Part shown: piece by piece, positions 9,608 to 18,997 of the stretch
How positions within the stretch are numbered: position 1 is the stretch's first letter
Layout: each line of letters begins with the position of its first letter
Assembly: GCA_947478395.1 (NCBI GenBank)
Contig: CANJVR010000001.1
Location: 832,001 to 896,000 of the forward strand
From: Opitutia bacterium
GTDB taxonomy: Bacteria > Verrucomicrobiota > Verrucomicrobiia > Opitutales > Opitutaceae
Reading direction: 5' to 3'
DNA length: 64,000 bases
Position numbers and translations under genes: made by a program
Notes under the pieces: generated by a model
The model's input: the letters and a program-made list of their open reading frames with translations, nothing else
Told to the model about the DNA's origin: nothing
Database searches by the model: none

Positions 9608-9656
9608 CGGGCCGGCCAGAAGGCGTGAGCCTTCCAGCCGGCCCGTTCGTCTTTTT
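9608..9656 (+). terminator. Intrinsic terminator
   Basis: GGGCCGGCCAGAAGGC-GTGA-GCCTTCCAGCCGGCCC hairpin followed by TTCGTCTTTTT. Confidence 0.7.
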
Positions 9657-9707
9657 CCCATGCAAAAATCCCTGCCACCCACCGCGAGGGATTCTGATCT
9701 CAAGTGA

Positions 9708-10205
9708 ATGAACTCCACCTCCGCTAAATTCGTCGCGTCTCGCGTTCAACGTCGTCTCCAGGCCGTCGCCGCGGCGACGCTGGCCACGGGGCTGACCCTT
9801 TCGATTGTAACCGCCGAGGAAACTCCCGCCGCGGCGCCAGCCGCTGACGGCGCCGCGGCGAACGTGTGGTCGGGAGTTTTTTCGCCTGAGCAAGTCGTCC
9901 GCGGGCGCCGCAGCTACAATTCGCTCTGTGCGCGCTGCCACGGCGAAGCGCTGGGCGGCGGCGAAGATTCGCCCACGCTCGTCGACAAAGATTTCCTCAA
10001 AAACTGGTACGGAAAAACCGTCGGCGAACTCGTCGAATACACCCGCACGGAAATGCCTTCCGATGGTCCCGGCAAAGTAACGCGCAAACAAAGTACCGAT
10101 ATCACGACCTACGTCCTCGCGACTAATGGCTTCCCGACGGGCGCCAGCGAGCTCGCGCCCGATCCGGACAAGATGAACCAGATTCAAATTACCCCAAAAA
10201 AATGA
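9708..10205 (+). CDS. Monoheme c-type cytochrome
   Basis: Signal peptide, CARCH, distal Met in TEMP; ATGA overlap with the next gene. Confidence 0.9.
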   Translation: MNSTSAKFVASRVQRRLQAVAAATLATGLTLSIVTAEETPAAAPAADGAAANVWSGVFSPEQVVRGRRSYNSLCARCHGEALGGGEDSPTLVDKDFLKNWYGKTVGELVEYTRTEMPSDGPGKVTRKQSTDITTYVLATNGFPTGASELAPDPDKMNQIQITPKK

Positions 10206-12220
10206 GACTATACCCTGCCTGTTTTTTATTAAGCCTGATTTTGCCGGCCACGTTTGTCCCCTGCGCTTTAGCGCAACAGGGCGCCAAAGGCGGCGAATGG
10301 CGTTTCTACGGCGGCGACGCCGGCAACACGAAGTATTCGCCGCTTGATCAAATCAACGCGTCGAACGCCAAGAACCTCACCATCGCCTGGCGCTGGAAGG
10401 CCGAGAACTTCGGCCCTCGCCCCGATTATAACTGGGAAGTCACACCCCTGATGGTTGGCGGCGTGCTGTATTTCACCGCCGGCTCCCGCCGTGACGTTGT
10501 CGCCGTGGACGGCGCCACCGGTGAAACACTGTGGATGTACCGGCTCCAAGAGGGCGAGCGCGGCGATCGCGCCGTGCGCACGCAAAATCGCGGACTCGCC
10601 TACTGGAGCGACGGCAAAAACGATCAGCGCATCATCCTTATTTCCCCCGGCTTTCAATTGGTCGCACTCGACGCGAAAACCGGCCGGCCTGTACCGACAT
10701 TCGGCAAAGAAGGGATCGTCGATCTCACCGAAGGTCTCGACCGCGATGTCGTGAAGCCCGGCCAGATCGGCTCCAGTTCACCCGCCATTGTCATCAAAGA
10801 CACCGTCGTCGTCGGCGCCGCGCTGCTCGCTGGCACCGCGCCGGCTTCGAAAACGAATGTCCCAGGCTACATCCGCGGCTTCGACGTTCGCACGGGTAAA
10901 CGTACCTGGACGTTCAAGACCGTTCCTCAGGCCGGCGAAGAAGGTAACGAAACGTGGGAAAAAGATTCCTGGAAGTACACCGGTAACACCGGTGCCTGGG
11001 CCCCGCTCGCGGGCGACGAAGAACTCGGCTACGTCTACATCCCTGTCGAGGCCCCAACCGGCGATTTCTACGGCGGTCATCGCCCCGGCGATAATCTGTT
11101 TTCCTCCAGCTTAGTCTGCCTTGACGCCAAGACCGGCAAGAAAGTCTGGCACTTCCAGGTCATTCACCACGACATCTGGGACTACGAGCCGTCGTCGCCG
11201 CCGATACTCGCCGATGTCACGGTCGCGGGGAAGAAAATCAAGATCGTCGCACTCGTGACGAAATTCGCCCACACGTTCGTGTTCGATCGCATCACCGGCA
11301 AACCCGTGTGGCCCATCGTGGAGACGCCCGTGCCGCAGTCCGACGTCCCCGGCGAAAAAACCTCCCCCACCCAGCCGATTCCCACCAAGCCGCTGCCCTT
11401 CGACCGGCAGAGCATTACGGTTGATGATCTCGTCGATTTCAGCCCTGCGATCAGGGCCGAGGCGGAAAAGATTCTCGCGAAATACCGGACCGGGCCGCTC
11501 TTCCTGCCGCCGATGGTCCGCGATACGGATGGAAAAATTGCGACGCTCATCCTCCCCCATCACACCGGCGGCGCCAATTGGCCCGGTGGCGCACTCGATC
11601 CCGAGACGGGTATCATGTACGTGTCTTCCCTCACCAATCCGGACGCCCTCGCGGTCGCAGCGGCCGACCCCAAGCGCACCGACATGGCTTACACCGGAGC
11701 TGTCGGCGGCCGTACCGCCGCCAATTCCGGCAGCGGACCGGGCGGACAACCCGTCCTGACCGGCGAAGGTCCGTCACGGCCTAATATCGGGCCGCAGGGC
11801 CTGCCCTTGATTCGTCCACCCTGGGGCCGCATCACCGCGATCGATCTGAACTCCGGCGACCACGTCTGGATGATCGCGAACGGTGAGGCGCCCGATATGG
11901 TAAAAAACAATCCGGCGCTCAAGGGTCTCAACATCGATCTCTCGCGCGCCGGCAAACCGGAGCGTTCGCCGTTGATGGTCACGAAGACCCTCCTCTTCGG
12001 CGCCGATGGCTCAGGCCTCTTCAACGCCGGACCAGGCGGCGGCGGGAAAATCTTCCGCGCGATCGACAAGAAAACCGGCGCCATCGTCCACGAGATGGCC
12101 CTCCCCTCCAGCACGACCGGCATTCCGATGACCTACATGGTCAACGACCGGCAGTATATCGTCGTGGCCGTCGGCGCGCGCGGCGTTCCGGCCGAATTGA
12201 TCGCCCTCGCTGTTCCCTAA
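10202..12220 (+). CDS. Periplasmic PQQ-dependent dehydrogenase (quinoprotein glucose dehydrogenase-like)
   Basis: YSPLDQIN, repeated A.D..TG...W propeller motifs, HHDIWDY, GGANW, PPWG, PMTY...QYIV. Confidence 0.92.
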   Translation: MRLYPACFLLSLILPATFVPCALAQQGAKGGEWRFYGGDAGNTKYSPLDQINASNAKNLTIAWRWKAENFGPRPDYNWEVTPLMVGGVLYFTAGSRRDVVAVDGATGETLWMYRLQEGERGDRAVRTQNRGLAYWSDGKNDQRIILISPGFQLVALDAKTGRPVPTFGKEGIVDLTEGLDRDVVKPGQIGSSSPAIVIKDTVVVGAALLAGTAPASKTNVPGYIRGFDVRTGKRTWTFKTVPQAGEEGNETWEKDSWKYTGNTGAWAPLAGDEELGYVYIPVEAPTGDFYGGHRPGDNLFSSSLVCLDAKTGKKVWHFQVIHHDIWDYEPSSPPILADVTVAGKKIKIVALVTKFAHTFVFDRITGKPVWPIVETPVPQSDVPGEKTSPTQPIPTKPLPFDRQSITVDDLVDFSPAIRAEAEKILAKYRTGPLFLPPMVRDTDGKIATLILPHHTGGANWPGGALDPETGIMYVSSLTNPDALAVAAADPKRTDMAYTGAVGGRTAANSGSGPGGQPVLTGEGPSRPNIGPQGLPLIRPPWGRITAIDLNSGDHVWMIANGEAPDMVKNNPALKGLNIDLSRAGKPERSPLMVTKTLLFGADGSGLFNAGPGGGGKIFRAIDKKTGAIVHEMALPSSTTGIPMTYMVNDRQYIVVAVGARGVPAELIALAVP

Positions 12221-12231
12221 ACAAAACGGGC

Positions 12232-12264
12232 CAACGGTCGCCGCGCGGGTCGGCGGCCGTTTTT
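12232..12264 (+). terminator. Intrinsic terminator
   Basis: AACGGTCGCCG-loop-CGGCGGCCGTT followed by TTT, just after the stop codon. Confidence 0.6.
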
Positions 12265-12353
12265 CCCGGACCGTGCAGATACGTTCCCGCCGCAGCTTCG
12301 GGTCCGCCGCGATCTAAAATGATTCGGCTATTCGCGTAGCCGTCACCCCGCTC

Positions 12354-13379
12354 ATGAAAAATAGCTTATCCCTCCTCGCCGGCCTAGCCCTCTGCTTGAT
12401 CGCACCGCACATCGCGGCCGCCGATACTCGCGCCGACTTCCTTAAACTCATCGACCGCCCGCGGGTCGCCCTTGCACCGGAAATCAAGGACACGCCGTCC
12501 ACCGATGGCCTCTCGCAAACCGCGTTCAGTTACGCCTCCGACGCCAACAACCGGGTCCCGGGAATTTTGCTCAAGGCTCCGCACGTCTCCGGCCGCCGGC
12601 CCGTGATCATCGTGCTGCACGGCACCGGCGGCACCAAGGAAGGCGAGCTGCCCTACATGGCTGACCTCGTGCAGGCCGGCTTTATCGCGGTTTCCATCGA
12701 CGGCCGTTATCACGGCGCGCGCACCAAATCCGGCAAAGGCTCCGTCGAGTATGTCGATGCGATCCTGCGCACCTTCCGCACCGGCAAGGAACTTCCGTTC
12801 TTCTACGACACCGCGTGGGACACCATGCGCCTCGTCGACTATCTCGTCACGCGCGATGACGTTGATCCGAAGCGCATCGGCATTTTCGGCACATCCAAAG
12901 GCGGCATCGAAGCCTATCTCACCGCAGCCGCTGATCCGCGCATCGCGGTTACCGTGCCGTGCATCGGATTGGAAAGTTTCCAATGGGCCACCGAAAACAA
13001 TTCGTGGCAGTCGCGCATCGGGACCGTGCAGGTGGCGTTCGACGCCGCGGCGAAAGATAGCGGCGTCGAAAACCCCAGCGGCGAATTTGTCCACACGTTT
13101 TACTCGCGTATCGCCCCGGGCCTTGATCGCGAATTCGACGGGCCCTCGATGGTGAAGATGATCGCGCCGCGGCCCCTGCTCTCGATCAACGGCGAAATCG
13201 ATCCCCGCACACCCCTGCCCGGTTTGAATCTCTGCGTCGACTCCGCCCGGGCCGCCTACGGTGCCGCCGGCGCCGCGGAAAAATTTGTCCTGCAGATTCA
13301 GCCCAATACCGGGCACAAAGTGAATCCCGAGTCCAAGGTGCTCGCCCGCGATTGGTTCGTGCGGTGGTTGAAGCCGTAA
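12354..13379 (+). CDS. Secreted alpha/beta hydrolase (dienelactone hydrolase/acetylxylan esterase-like)
   Basis: Signal peptide; LHGTGG, nucleophile GTSKGG, IAPRPLL, GEID, TGH. Confidence 0.85.
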   Translation: MKNSLSLLAGLALCLIAPHIAAADTRADFLKLIDRPRVALAPEIKDTPSTDGLSQTAFSYASDANNRVPGILLKAPHVSGRRPVIIVLHGTGGTKEGELPYMADLVQAGFIAVSIDGRYHGARTKSGKGSVEYVDAILRTFRTGKELPFFYDTAWDTMRLVDYLVTRDDVDPKRIGIFGTSKGGIEAYLTAAADPRIAVTVPCIGLESFQWATENNSWQSRIGTVQVAFDAAAKDSGVENPSGEFVHTFYSRIAPGLDREFDGPSMVKMIAPRPLLSINGEIDPRTPLPGLNLCVDSARAAYGAAGAAEKFVLQIQPNTGHKVNPESKVLARDWFVRWLKP

Positions 13380-13488
13380 GCGGGCAGAAAGTAGGGCACC
13401 TAGCCCTAACGCGCCGTGGCGGGATACTAAGCGTTTTCGAACCAGGCGAATCAGGGATAATCCGCCCCACCAAAGCCGCCCAAGAAAT

Positions 13489-14364
13489 CTATCCCTCCGC
13501 CAGCTTCTCGAGGAGCGCGACGACCATCTGATTACACGGCGTCGGTATGCCGTGCTTACGGCCGAACCGCACCACCGCGCCGTTCCGCGCGTCGATTTCC
13601 ATCCGCCGCCCGGCAAGCCGGTCGGCGTGCAGCGAATTCAAAATATCCGCCGGCCCTTTCCGAAAAATATCGAGCGTGCCCTCGATCATCGAATCATCGA
13701 GCGCCGCGCCTTCCGCCCGGGCAACGGCGATGCATTCACGCATCATGTCGCGCGACACGGCGGCGATACGCTCGTCGCGAAAAATGCCGTTCGGCTGGAG
13801 CAGGATCGCCGTCAACGCCCCCGGCGCATTGAGGCACAGCTTCCGCCAAAGTTCGGTCGTGAAATCGGGCGTCGTCTCCACCCCGATCTCGGTGCCGGCA
13901 AACAACGCCGCGAATTCGCGCCCCGGCCCGCCTTCCTCCACCACCAGGCGCGCCGCCCGCCGCTGGCGAATGCGACCGGGCTCAGAACGCTCCGCAGGAC
14001 AATAGACGAGCACCGGTAGAATTTTCTCCGGCGCGAGATACGGCGCGAAGCGGGCGCGGTGCTCGACGCCATTTTGCAAAATTGCCACGCGCGCGCCGTG
14101 GGCGGTGAGTTGGGAAAACCATGCCGCTGTGCTCTCGGCGTCGTAGGCCTTCGTCGCCACCAGCACCCAGTCGACGGCGGGCGCTTCGGCCGGCGCGGTC
14201 ACGACCCTTGGCTGCGTCGAGAACGTTTCGGTCGGCGTCTCAACGGTAAGGTTTTCCAGCGCACGACGCGCGCAGACGGTGACGTCGTGCGCGCCCGTAC
14301 GGCCGAGCCAGGCGGCCATCACGCCGCCGATGGCACCCGGACCGATGATCGCAACGCGAGCCAC
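13489..14364 (-). CDS. panE: 2-dehydropantoate 2-reductase
   Basis: GTG start at 14364; GPGAIG, ATKAY, LQNG, WRKLCLN, SLHAD, EIDARNG. Confidence 0.88.
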   Translation of the reverse strand: MARVAIIGPGAIGGVMAAWLGRTGAHDVTVCARRALENLTVETPTETFSTQPRVVTAPAEAPAVDWVLVATKAYDAESTAAWFSQLTAHGARVAILQNGVEHRARFAPYLAPEKILPVLVYCPAERSEPGRIRQRRAARLVVEEGGPGREFAALFAGTEIGVETTPDFTTELWRKLCLNAPGALTAILLQPNGIFRDERIAAVSRDMMRECIAVARAEGAALDDSMIEGTLDIFRKGPADILNSLHADRLAGRRMEIDARNGAVVRFGRKHGIPTPCNQMVVALLEKLAEG

Positions 14365-14374
14365 GCGCGGGCCG

Positions 14375-15373
14375 TTACCAGCCCGCGCCCTTGGTGAGCG
14401 TCGCCACGCGGACGACGAAATAGTCGGAAGTGATGTAAAGCACGGAGCCGTCATCGCCCCAGTTGCAGTTGCTCGACTGCTCGCCGGTGTGGATGCGGCC
14501 GATAAGCTTGGCGGCGGGCGAGATCACGAGGACGCCGCCGGCGCCGCTACTCCAGATATTGCCGGCGCGGTCAACTTTGAGGCCGTCGCAGCCGCCCTTG
14601 TTCTGGTCGTTCACCATCGGCTGGGCGTTGAAGAAAATCCGTTCATTGGCGAGCGTGCCGTCGGCCTTCACGTCGTAGGCGTAGATGCGCGCGGCGTCGG
14701 CCTCGGTGGAGCCAACGTAGAGAATTTTTTCGTCGGGCGAGAGAGCCAGGCCGTTGGGATAGGGCAAGCTCTTCGAAAGGAGCGTGACCTTGCCGTCGGT
14801 CGCGATGCGGTAGATGCCGGCAAAGTCCACTTCGCGCAGCTTCGACTTCGAGATGTCGGTCAGGCCGTAGGGCGGGTCGGTGAAGAGAACGTCGCCGCTC
14901 TTCTTCACGATGAGATCGTTCGGGCTATTAAAACGCTTACCTTCGTACCGGTCGGCCAGGACGGTAAAGGTGCCGTTTTCCCACCGGGCCACGCGGCGCT
15001 CGCCGTGCTGGCAGAGCAGGAGGCGGCCCTGCGCATCGCGAGTCATGCCGTTGCTGCCGGGCTCGCGGATCCCTGCGTTGGCAGTGAAGAGTCCACTGGG
15101 GCGCAAATAGGGGACGGCGTTCGGCATGCCGGACTTCCACTGGTAGGCGGTGTTGGCGAGCACGTCCGAGAACAGGATGCCGCCGTCATACCACACCGGC
15201 CCTTCAGACCAGCGGAGTCCCTCGGCGATTTTTTCGATCTTGGTGGTCGGAGCGACGAGCTGGTCAAAGGCCGGATCGAGGCGCTCAACGCTACCGACAA
15301 ACGGATGCGGTTTCTCGTCGAAGGCGAACAGCGCCAGCGGCGCAAGGAGGAGGAATAGGAGCGAGGATTTCAT
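14375..15373 (-). CDS. SMP-30/gluconolactonase family protein, secreted
   Basis: WSEGPVW, GSNG, FNSPND, FTDPPYG, PNGLALSPD, DGLKVD. Confidence 0.93.
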   Translation of the reverse strand: MKSSLLFLLLAPLALFAFDEKPHPFVGSVERLDPAFDQLVAPTTKIEKIAEGLRWSEGPVWYDGGILFSDVLANTAYQWKSGMPNAVPYLRPSGLFTANAGIREPGSNGMTRDAQGRLLLCQHGERRVARWENGTFTVLADRYEGKRFNSPNDLIVKKSGDVLFTDPPYGLTDISKSKLREVDFAGIYRIATDGKVTLLSKSLPYPNGLALSPDEKILYVGSTEADAARIYAYDVKADGTLANERIFFNAQPMVNDQNKGGCDGLKVDRAGNIWSSGAGGVLVISPAAKLIGRIHTGEQSSNCNWGDDGSVLYITSDYFVVRVATLTKGAGW

Positions 15374-15539
15374 GGCGTCGAGCGTGTTTAGCATCCGGCC
15401 ACGTCGGATCAACGTTCAACCTCACGCAGCGCCAGTTTTTATCGCCCAGCATTTGGCGCCTGATGGCATTCCATCGGCCTTTGGCTATCGGACCGCTGGA
15501 CACCCGCTGGGGATTGGGCACGGTGAGATTTCGACTATT

Positions 15540-16655
15540 ATGAAGTTCACTCCCGACAAACCGCCGCTGACCGGTGAAACGCTCGACACGCTCACCACGC
15601 GTCTGGCGGAACAGGGCCAACCGACATTTCGCGCGAAACAAATTCTCGACTGGGTTTATAAAAAACGCGCGCGCACCTGGGACGAGATGACGAATCTCCC
15701 CAAGCCGCTCCGCGCCTGGCTCGACACGACCTTCGATCTCGTTCCGACCTCGCTCGTGCTCCACAAGGAATCGCACGACGTCACCGACAAACTTCTCCTC
15801 GAGATGCGCGATGGTTCGCTCATCGAAACCGTCATCATCCGCGCCCCGCAGGACGACGTTGGGGAAGAGCACTCGCGCAAGACCATCTGCATCTCCACTC
15901 AGGTCGGCTGCGCCATGGCCTGCGTGTTTTGCGCGAGCGGCCTCGCCGGCTTGAAACGTGATCTCTCCGCCGGCGAGATTGTCGCCCAGCTCCTGCAGGT
16001 GTGTTACCGCGAAGACGCCCGCACGCCGCGGGCCCGCCCCGAGTTGGCGTCGTTCGACAACATCGTCGTCATGGGCATGGGCGAACCGCTCGCCAATTAC
16101 GACGCGCTCATCCGCGCGCTCACCATCCTTAACGCCGAGTGGGGCCTCGGCTTTGGCGCGCGCCGTATCACCGTTTCAACCAGCGGCCTCGTCCCGAAAA
16201 TCCTGAAACTCGCCGAGGAGCCGCTCGGGTTTCGCCTCGCGGTTTCCCTCCATGGCGCGACCGACGAAGTGCGCGAGAAAATCATGCCGATTAACAAGGC
16301 GTACCCGCTGGCGAAACTGATTCCCGCCGTCCGCGAGTTTTCAGAAAAGCACGGCCGCATGATCACACTGGAGTTTATCCTCATCGAGGACGTGAACGAC
16401 TCGATCGACCAGGCCGGCGAACTACGTGACATCGCTCGGGACCTCCACGCCCACGTGAACATCATTCCTTACAACACGGTGGAAGGCCTGCCTTGGAAAC
16501 GTCCGAGCGTAGAACGCCAGGAAAGTTTCGCCGATGTGCTGCGAGCGGCGCGCGTGCCCGTGACGCTGCGCCGGGAAAAAGGCCACGACATCGCCGCCGC
16601 CTGTGGGCAACTTCGCCTCAAAACCGAAAAAGACCGCGAGCTGGCGGCGATGTAG
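15540..16655 (+). CDS. rlmN: Dual-specificity 23S rRNA/tRNA methyltransferase (radical SAM)
   Basis: CISTQVGCAMACVFCAS, MGMGEP, ITVSTSG, DIAAACGQL. Confidence 0.97.
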   Translation: MKFTPDKPPLTGETLDTLTTRLAEQGQPTFRAKQILDWVYKKRARTWDEMTNLPKPLRAWLDTTFDLVPTSLVLHKESHDVTDKLLLEMRDGSLIETVIIRAPQDDVGEEHSRKTICISTQVGCAMACVFCASGLAGLKRDLSAGEIVAQLLQVCYREDARTPRARPELASFDNIVVMGMGEPLANYDALIRALTILNAEWGLGFGARRITVSTSGLVPKILKLAEEPLGFRLAVSLHGATDEVREKIMPINKAYPLAKLIPAVREFSEKHGRMITLEFILIEDVNDSIDQAGELRDIARDLHAHVNIIPYNTVEGLPWKRPSVERQESFADVLRAARVPVTLRREKGHDIAAACGQLRLKTEKDRELAAM

Positions 16656-17340
16656 CGCTGCGACCGCGCCGAAGAACCGGCGCAGCGACACCCCGCCAGT
16701 GAGCACCCCTATCAGAGAGGAGATTTTCGGCGCTGGATTGATTTCCCTCTTGAGCCGGCCTCGACCCTGAGCGCCGTCGATCGGGGCGCCCGCAGGGTGC
16801 GGTTCTTTTCCGCCGCGCGCTGGTGGCGCGAATCCGGATTGCGCGTCGTGTTCCACTCAAAATTCGCGCCTGCGATCGACTTCGTGAACCGCCACGCACC
16901 TTGGTGCCAGCCGCCGTTTCGCGCTCAACGCGTCGACGAAACCGCCGCCTTCCTGGTTTTGGCCGTCGCTGCGCTGCCGTAACCGACCGAGTAAAACTCC
17001 GCTCGTAGGCCAGCGCGCTTGCGCGCACCATGCGACCCGAAGCGCGCGCCATCGCGCTGATCTACACCGAAGATCGGCCGAGGTGATTCAAATCAGCTCT
17101 ACGCCAAAAATGTGCGTTCACGAAAATTCCCGTCACGGCCCGAAATATCTGGTGTCCTGAGCCAGCGGCCCATCCGCTGACGGCCGCCCCACCGCCGTCG
17201 GCGCGCTTAAAAATTTTCTCTTGCCCGGCCCCAGCCATTTTTTTTACGCACCTCTTTCGTCGGCAACCCAACGCGGAACTTTTCGCAGCCGGCGCCGTCC
17301 CAGCGGCTAGCTCTCTTTTCTCGTTTACCCCCCTTCTCTC

Positions 17341-18063
17341 ATGATCGAAGTCAACGGCCTCGTTAAAACCTACGGCGCCAAGCGCGCGGTGGACGGCGTC
17401 ACGTTCAAGGTCAACCGCGGTGACATCCTCGGTTTCCTCGGCCCCAACGGCGCCGGAAAATCCACTACGATGAAGATGATCACTGGCTTCATCCGTCCCG
17501 ATGCCGGCACCGCAACCGTCGGCGGGATCGACGTCACGGCCGATCCCGTGGGCGTGAAACGGCAGCTCGGTTACCTGCCAGAAAGCGCGCCGGCCTACCC
17601 GGAGATGACAGTGAACGAATTCCTCGGTTTCATCGCGGAGATCCGCGGCTTTCGCGCGACCGTCGAAAAACGCGCGCGGGTCGAACACGTCCTCGGCCTC
17701 ACTCACCTGCTCTCCGTGCGCCACCAGACGATCGAAACGCTCTCGAAGGGCTACAAGCAACGCGTCGGTTTCGCCCAAGCCCTGCTCCACAATCCGCCCG
17801 CGCTCATCCTCGATGAACCGACCGACGGTCTCGACCCGAATCAGAAAAACGAAGTCCGCACGCTCATTAAAAACATGGCCGCCGAAAAGGCGGTGATTCT
17901 CTCGACCCACATTCTCGAGGAGGTCGATGCGATCTGTACCCGTGTGATCGTCATTTCGCGCGGCCGCGTCGTCGCCGACGAAACACCCGCCCAACTCCAC
18001 GCGCGCGCGCCGGGCGCCCGGCTCGACGAAATCTTCCGCACGCTCACGAGCTCAGACACCTAA
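17341..18063 (+). CDS. ABC transporter ATP-binding protein (GldA-like)
   Basis: GPNGAGKST, LSKGYKQRVG, LDEPTDGLDP, STH. Confidence 0.95.
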   Translation: MIEVNGLVKTYGAKRAVDGVTFKVNRGDILGFLGPNGAGKSTTMKMITGFIRPDAGTATVGGIDVTADPVGVKRQLGYLPESAPAYPEMTVNEFLGFIAEIRGFRATVEKRARVEHVLGLTHLLSVRHQTIETLSKGYKQRVGFAQALLHNPPALILDEPTDGLDPNQKNEVRTLIKNMAAEKAVILSTHILEEVDAICTRVIVISRGRVVADETPAQLHARAPGARLDEIFRTLTSSDT

Positions 18064-18065
18064 AC

Positions 18066-18122
18066 GGAAGCGCGGCCGCCCCGACCGCATTGCATCCCGC
18101 AGCCGGGGGCGGCCGCGCTCCC
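18066..18122. repeat. Intra-operon GC-rich palindrome (REP-like)
   Basis: Arms GGAAGCGCGGCCGCCCC / GGGGCGGCCGCGCTCCC, no U tract. Confidence 0.6.
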
Positions 18123-18139
18123 ACTTAAAACTTTTCCCC

Positions 18140-18865
18140 ATGTCCCAGATTCGTCCCCTCTTCAAACGCGAGTTCCTCGGCTATTTTCGTTCGCCGGTCG
18201 CCTACGTTTTCCTCGTCTCTTTTCTCGTGATCTCGGTGTCGCTGGCGTTTTCCCGCTACGGCAATTTTTTCAAAGCCGGCGTCGCCAGCCTGGAAACCTA
18301 CTTCGTGTTTTTTCCCTGGCTCTTCATGTTCATCGTGCCGGCCGTCGGCATGCGGCTGTGGTCCGAGGAGAAACGCGCGGGCACCGTCGAGCTCCTCTTC
18401 ACGCTGCCCGTCACCACGCTCGAAGCCGTGCTCGGGAAATTTCTCGCCGGCTGGGCGTTCCTCACGCTGGCCATTGCGTTGAGTTTTCCCATGGCACTGA
18501 CGATCGCCTACCTGGGCCACCCCGATTGGGGCGTAATGGCGGCCACGTATTTCGGCGCCGTCCTGATGGCGGGCGCTTACCTCGGGGTGTGCGCGCTCAC
18601 GTCGGCCCTCACCAAGAACCAGGTGATCAGCTTCGTCCTCAGTCTCGCCGCGTGTGCCGCGCTCGTTTTTCTCGGCCTCAGCAGCTTCACGACCACGCTG
18701 GAAAGCGTCCTGCCGGTCAGTATGGCCGACACGATTTCCAATTTCAGCTTCGTTACTCATTTCGACGCGTTCACCAAGGGAATCGTCGATCCCAAAGACG
18801 TGATCTTCTTCCTCTCGTTCACCGGCTTCACGCTTTTCCTCAACGTCGTCGCCCTCGAACGCTAA
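18140..18865 (+). CDS. ABC-2 permease (GldF-like)
   Basis: KREFLGYFRSPVAY, MRLWSEEKRAGTVELL, VLGKF, TKNQVIS; multiple TM helices. Confidence 0.92.
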   Translation: MSQIRPLFKREFLGYFRSPVAYVFLVSFLVISVSLAFSRYGNFFKAGVASLETYFVFFPWLFMFIVPAVGMRLWSEEKRAGTVELLFTLPVTTLEAVLGKFLAGWAFLTLAIALSFPMALTIAYLGHPDWGVMAATYFGAVLMAGAYLGVCALTSALTKNQVISFVLSLAACAALVFLGLSSFTTTLESVLPVSMADTISNFSFVTHFDAFTKGIVDPKDVIFFLSFTGFTLFLNVVALER

Positions 18866-18880
18866 GCGGATCTCAAATCT

Positions 18881-18968
18881 TAAGCGCCAAGACGCGAAGC
18901 CCGAGAAGTATTCAAACCAAGTTTCTGATCCTTCCTCCGCACTTACGGCCTATGCGCCTTCGCGCTTA
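18881..18968 (+). repeat. ~90-bp palindromic element family B, copy 1
   Basis: Inverted termini TAAGCGCCAAGACGC / GCGCCTTCGCGCTTA; aligns with the reverse complement of 32547-32639. Confidence 0.7.
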
Positions 18969-18997
18969 ACCCTGATTCGCCTCCCCTTTTTCGACCC

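Noticed and set aside
10192..10205. A7 run at the cytochrome c / PQQ dehydrogenase junction as a -1 fusion site
   Set aside because: Explained by Lys-Lys codons and an ordinary ATGA overlap; the downstream gene has its own signal peptide.
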